From: Dehalococcoidia bacterium
GTDB taxonomy: Bacteria; Chloroflexota; Dehalococcoidia; Lucifugimonadales; UBA3495
Assembly: GCA_963666415.2 (NCBI GenBank)
Contig: CAXXPD010000003.1
Span: 144,961 to 208,960 of the forward strand
Reading direction: 5' to 3'
Length of the DNA stretch: 64,000 nt
Of this stretch, positions 59,628-64,000 are shown one piece after another. Each line of letters begins with the position of its first letter. The stretch's first letter is position 1. Both the position numbers and the translations under genes were made by a program. A model generated the notes under the pieces. It saw only the letters and a program-made list of their open reading frames with translations, was not told the DNA's origin and did no database searches.

Positions 59628-60849
59628 GTATTGAGTCAATCCTGTATTGGCAGGTGAAGCGCGGGGCGGGCCAGGGTTGTTACGCTGACTGGCAAACAGT
59701 GGTGCGGGAGGTGCGACATCCATGGTTCAGGAGAAATACGCAGTACGGTTGTCGTCGGAAGATCAGGAGCAGTTGCGGGGATTGATCCACGGTGGGCGGC
59801 ATTCCGCTCGGGTCATCAATCGGGCGCGCATCCTGCTCAAGACTGACGAAGGGTGGAGCGCCCCCCAGGTGGCGGCGGCTCTGGACACGTCGCAGCGCAC
59901 GGTGTTCCGCACCAAACGGCGGTACGCCGAAGCGGGGTTGGAGGGCGTGCTGCACGACCACCCCCAAGCCAATCGGTATCGCAAGCTGGACGATCGGGGC
60001 GAAGCCCACCTGATTGCGCTGGCGTGCAGCGACGCGCCCGAAGGGCATGAGCACTGGACCCTGCGGTTGTTGGCTGGCAAGGTGGTGGAGTTGGGATTGG
60101 TGCCATCGCTGTCCTACGAGACGGTAAGGCTCAGGCTCAAAAAAACACCCTCAAGCCGTGGCGGAAGCAGCAATGGTGCATCCCGAAAGTAGGCGGCGAA
60201 TTCGTGGCGGCCATGGAGGACGTGCTGGACCTGTATGCCGAACCCTACGACCCCGATCGGCCGGTGGTGTGCTTTGACGAGACCTCCACCCAACTGCTGG
60301 CCGAGGTCAGGAAGCCGTTGCCTCCTCAACCGGGACGACCGCGGCGGCAGGACTACGAGTATCGCCGCGGCGGCACCCGCAACATCTTCCTGACCTGTGA
60401 ACCCCTGGCGGGCTGGCGCCACCTGGCCATCACCGAGCGGCGCACCATGCAGGACTTCGCCCATCAGATGCAATGGCTGGTGGATGAGGCTTACCCCGAT
60501 GCCCCGGTGATCCGCGTGGTGCTGGACAATCTGAATACCCATCGTATGGCGTCCCTTTACGAGACGTTCCCGGCTGCTGAGGCCCGGCGCATCGTGAAGC
60601 GCCTCGAGTTTCACCACACGCCCAAGCACGCCAGTTGGTTGAACATGGCGGAGATCGAATTCAGCGCGTTGAGCCGCGCCTGTCTCAAGGGGAGAAACCC
60701 CGACGCCGACGCCCTGCAACGCCAAATCACGGCCTACGAGACCGAGCGCAACGCAGCGGGCGTCACCATCAACTGGCGGTTCAGCACTCAAGATGCCCGA
60801 TCCAAATTGCATCGCCTCTATCCCTGCCATTCCAAAATTGATTGAGTAC
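59628..60849 (+). mobile_element. IS630-family insertion sequence (1222 bp)
   Basis: TA duplicated at 59626-59627 and 60850-60851. Imperfect inverted repeats GTATTGAGTCAATCCTG / CAAAATTGATTGAGTAC. Confidence 0.8.
59722..60845 (+). CDS. IS630-family transposase made from two frames by a -1 frameshift
   Basis: The A7 run at 60139-60145 joins ...RLRLKK to NTLKPWRKQQWCIPK. DDE region VVCFDE...VVLDNLNTH...WLNMAEIEF. Confidence 0.8.
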
Positions 60850-60851
60850 TA

Positions 60852-62199
60852 GCGTGTCGAGCATCCTGTGGTACAAGAGGCGCGGGACTTTTATCGATTC
60901 GTGCTCGCGCTCGGACGGCATAAAAGTTCCCTGCTGCACCCAGAGGTGTCGTCTGACCAGGGCGATGGCGTCGGCGAAGGAAGGGCTGGTTTTGTCATAC
61001 CACGCCGCGGTGCGCGGCGCCATGCCGCCACGCTGTTCGATCAGGATATCCGCTGCCAGCGTCACCACGCTGAACAGGCCAAAGAGCGCGGGGGTGGTTC
61101 GGGCGATGGCTCGTTCCGACCACTGGCGCTGGGTTTCCACGCCCAGGTGAGCCCGCAGCTCCTCAAAGGTCACCTCGACCTGCCAGCGCAGCAGATACCA
61201 CTGCAGTATCCGCAGGGGTTCCGCCTCGGTGTCGGTGCATAGCAAAGCATAGGGCCCGCGGCGCTCCTCCAGGTATCTGATGACGACCCAACGTAGGGGA
61301 AGGCGCGGCGGCCCGCCGTGGTACCACAGCGCCACGCCCGAAGCGAGCTCGACCCTGGCGGTACTGCCGTCGGAACCGGTGGCGCGGTAGGGAATCCATT
61401 GTGTAGCGGGATCGTCCAGCACCGCCGTGGGACTGGGCAATCGCGCGCCGACCACCCGGGGCCGCCCGATCTGGCCGGGCCGCCGCGCTGGCGCGGGCTG
61501 GTACCGGGACGCGTCCTTGCGCAGTTTGGTGACGACGACAATCGGCTTTGACATGTTCTGGCAATGCCGCAGGAACTCGCGCTTGGCGTAGCCGCCATCG
61601 GCCACCACCACCAGGTCCCGGTCCGGCAGCCACCGGCGCCGGCAGACCAGCATCTGCTGGGCGTAGTCGGTGAACGTCTGGTGCCGGCGACCTTTGCGCC
61701 GGTCGTAGCGGGCCGACACCACCAGCGCGGTCAAAAACGGCAGCGCCCAGTGTCGACCCGCCCATCCGATACGCGTCAGCAACATCAGGCTCACCCATTG
61801 CAGTCCGGGGGTCATCACCACCTGGTCGTCCTTGGACCGCACCGGATCCCGATACCGCCCCTTGGCCGCAATCTTCCGGCCCCAGCGTCGTTCCACCGTC
61901 TCGTCAATGCCGAACACCAACGGCTCGGTGGATGAACCAAGGCGCCCGGCCACCAGCAGCAACAGCACCCGGCTCAGTTGCAGCGGCGACCATCGGGCGC
62001 GGTTGAGCACGTGGTGATAGATGGCGAAGTCGCCGTGCTGCCCAATCCCCAGGATGTTGAGGGCGGAGGACACGGTGCGTTTGCCGGGAGACAGGATCGC
62101 TCCCATGGCCAGGAGTTGGGCTTTGCGCCAGGTCCTGGGGTCAAACAGGTGCTCAAAGGGCAGCAGCAGGGTTACTATGACTGCGGGCAGGGTAGGCAT
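60852..62199 (-). pseudogene. IS4/IS701-like DDE transposase of ISx-1 (last few codons displaced by IS630)
   Basis: The 472-aa ORF as read ends inside IS630. Across the insertion the reading is ...RMLDTLAYAA-stop. LLRWQVEVTFEELRAHLGVETQRQW motif. Confidence 0.75.
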
Positions 62200-62247
62200 A
62201 CTCGACCTCTTTTGGTGATTTGGTCGAGCTTACCCTGTTCTTATAAT

Positions 62248-63589
62248 TTATCTAGCTTTTGTACAAAGTCGAGGTTCTGCGTCGGACAGTGAAAAACCCT
62301 CGGACGCCAGCCACAAGTGGCGGCGCACCAGGGCGATGGCATCCACGAAAGTTGGCGACGGCTTGGCGTACCAGGCTGCGGTGCGATGGCTCATGGGCCG
62401 TTGTTCCTGCATCAAGTGAGCCGCCAGGGTGGTCCAGGAGAATAGCCCCATCAGGATTGGCGTGGTGCGGGCAATGGCCCGGTCCGACCACTGGCGTTGG
62501 GTCTCCACGCCCAGATGCGCTCGCACCTCCTGGAAGGCGACCTCCAGTTGCCAGCGCAGCACAAACCATTCCAGAATCTGCGCCGGGTCCACGGCCAGGT
62601 CAGTGCACAGCAGAGCCGGTGTGGCGAATTCGCCCTGGGGGTCCCGAACCAAGACCCAGCGCAAGGGCACGGGCGGCTTGCCAGAGCGGTACCAGACCGC
62701 CGTTTGCGAGGTGAGTTCCACCGTGCGGGTCGCGCCGTTGTACCAGGCTACCGACACCTCGACCCATGACACGGTGGGCAAGTCCAGGAGCGCCTTCAGC
62801 GCGGTCAGCCGTCGGCCTTTCAGCGGGGGCCGACCGTTCCGGCCCGGCTGACGTGCTGGCGCCGGTTCATAAAGGGCGGCGTCCAGGCGCAAGCGGGCGA
62901 TGAGGATAACGGGTTGAGCCAACGATTGGCAGCAGTGGAGCAGGTCCAGTACGGCGTAACTGCGGTCACCCACCAGCACCAGGGGGCGCTGCGGCAGCCA
63001 GCGTGGTTCGGCAGGCTCACCATGAGCGGGGTTGCAGGATCACCTGGCGCGCCCAGTCGGTGAGCTTTTTGTGGCGGCGTCCGCGCTGCCGGTGGTAGCG
63101 TGCCGAGGGCGCCAGCACGGTGAGAAAGGGCAAGGCCCAATAACGTCCCGCCCAGGGGACCTGGCCCAGCCACATCAGGGAGATCCAGCGCAGGCCGCTG
63201 GCCTTGACCACCTGAGACCGGCTGGAGCGCACCGCATCGCGGTAGATGCCCAGGGATTTGATTTTGGGGCCGCGGCGCCGCTCCAGGGTTTCGTCGATGC
63301 CGAAAATCAACGGGCCATCGCCTTGATCCAAGTGGAGGATTAGCAGTCCCAACAGGATGCGTGCCGCCTGGCGGGGCGACCACACCGCCCGATTGAGCAC
63401 TTGATGATAACGGGCATAGCTGCGGTCGTCGCTGAGTCCCATGACACGGAGCGCCGATGCCACGGTGCGTTGGCCGGGAGCCAGTATCGCGCCGACCAAC
63501 AGGATTTGGGCTTTCAGCCAGGTCGGGTTGCGAAACAGCGTGGCGAAGGGATGGAGTACGGGTACAATCGCGTTGGGCAGGGTGAGCAT
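62248..63589 (-). pseudogene. IS4/IS701-like transposase of ISx-2, frameshifted
   Basis: Two ORFs (63017-63589 and 62248-62979) are colinear with the ISx-1 transposase. The frame is lost near 63000. Confidence 0.75.
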
Positions 63590-63663
63590 CGCTTGGCCTT
63601 TTTCCAGGAGGGTCCGCCCAGCTTACCCTGTTCTTATAATTTATCTAGCTTTTGTGCAAAGTC
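62254..63663 (-). mobile_element. IS4/IS701-like insertion sequence (ISx-2), head-to-tail with ISx-1
   Basis: Its upstream end ...TCTAGCTTTTGTGCAAAGTC (63663) is the same as that of ISx-1. Its downstream end overlaps the ISx-1 terminus. Confidence 0.6.
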
Positions 63664-63771
63664 CAGCTAATAGCCCGGCCGCCGCCGAGATGCAGGTGCT
63701 ATGGGATTGGCTGTCCAAACAGATCAGTCTTATCGAAAACCAACAGCCTGATCTTCACGAGGAGATTCTCT

Positions 63772-64000
63772 ATGCCTGACGGACGCACCGCCGACCTCCA
63801 GTCGCTTTCCACTGCAACCGAGCTGGATTTCCCCGAGTTGGGCGCTCCGCAACTCGACCCCAACCTAATATCCTTGGACACACTTGACGACGATGCCATG
63901 CGGGAATACTTGCTACAACGGGGATTCGAGATGCACCACCGGCGTTCCCCGAAGGGCGTCATATCTCGCACAGATGACGTGAAGGGGAAAAAGCGACTCA
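63772..64000 (+). CDS. partial ORF running off the window end
   Basis: ATG at 63772 overlaps the preceding stop. MPDGRTADLQSLSTATELDFPELGAPQLDPN... is open to the last base. Confidence 0.25.
   Translation, partial: MPDGRTADLQSLSTATELDFPELGAPQLDPNLISLDTLDDDAMREYLLQRGFEMHHRRSPKGVISRTDDVKGKKRL

Larger units (their letters stand above)
59599..62270 (-). mobile_element. IS4/IS701-like insertion sequence (ISx-1), interrupted by IS630
   Basis: Termini GGCTTTGTACAATCAAGC / GCTTTTGTACAAAGTC. About 1448 bp without the nested IS630. Confidence 0.7.

Overview
High-GC (about 60%) bacterial accessory or plasmid-like DNA. By my boundary calls, roughly 40% of the 64 kb is insertion-sequence material. There are about 20 complete, nested or truncated copies: IS701 x2 (identical), two IS5/IS427-type elements (one in 2 copies), IS256 x4, single-ORF IS66 x3 plus a fragment, IS1380 x2, IS110, IS630, two tandem IS4/IS701-like elements and an rve-type fragment. 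The non-IS DNA is mostly defence, addiction and maintenance cargo. It includes a HEPN-like/nuclease-like pair, a PaREP1-like gene, an Mrr-like endonuclease split in frame by IS701, and an eight-gene minus-strand operon (8740-20814). That operon combines a DUF499-type P-loop ATPase, a DUF1156-type DNA methylase, a PLD-SNF2 helicase, BrnT and three unknowns. Also present are an MNT-HEPN fusion gene carried on a transposase-less element with inverted-repeat ends, and a ParA/RHH partition cassette. Further cargo comprises AbiEi/AbiEii, VapBC, a DUF433/DUF5615 pair, two decayed hsdR 5' ends, a decayed NurA-like gene and a tandem DnaC/IstB-like ATPase. The strongest second-look items are three. First, an IS110 element whose 206-nt non-coding end contains segments identical to its own target flank and to its opposite terminus, which is the logic of a bridge/seek RNA. 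Second, the BREX/DISARM-like operon that lacks the hallmark genes of either system and has a C9-tract frameshift in its ATPase. Third, the cargo-only mobile cassette, for which an empty paralogous site exists in the same window. No rRNA, tRNA or CRISPR array was recognised. All family names come from motif reading by eye; no searches were run.
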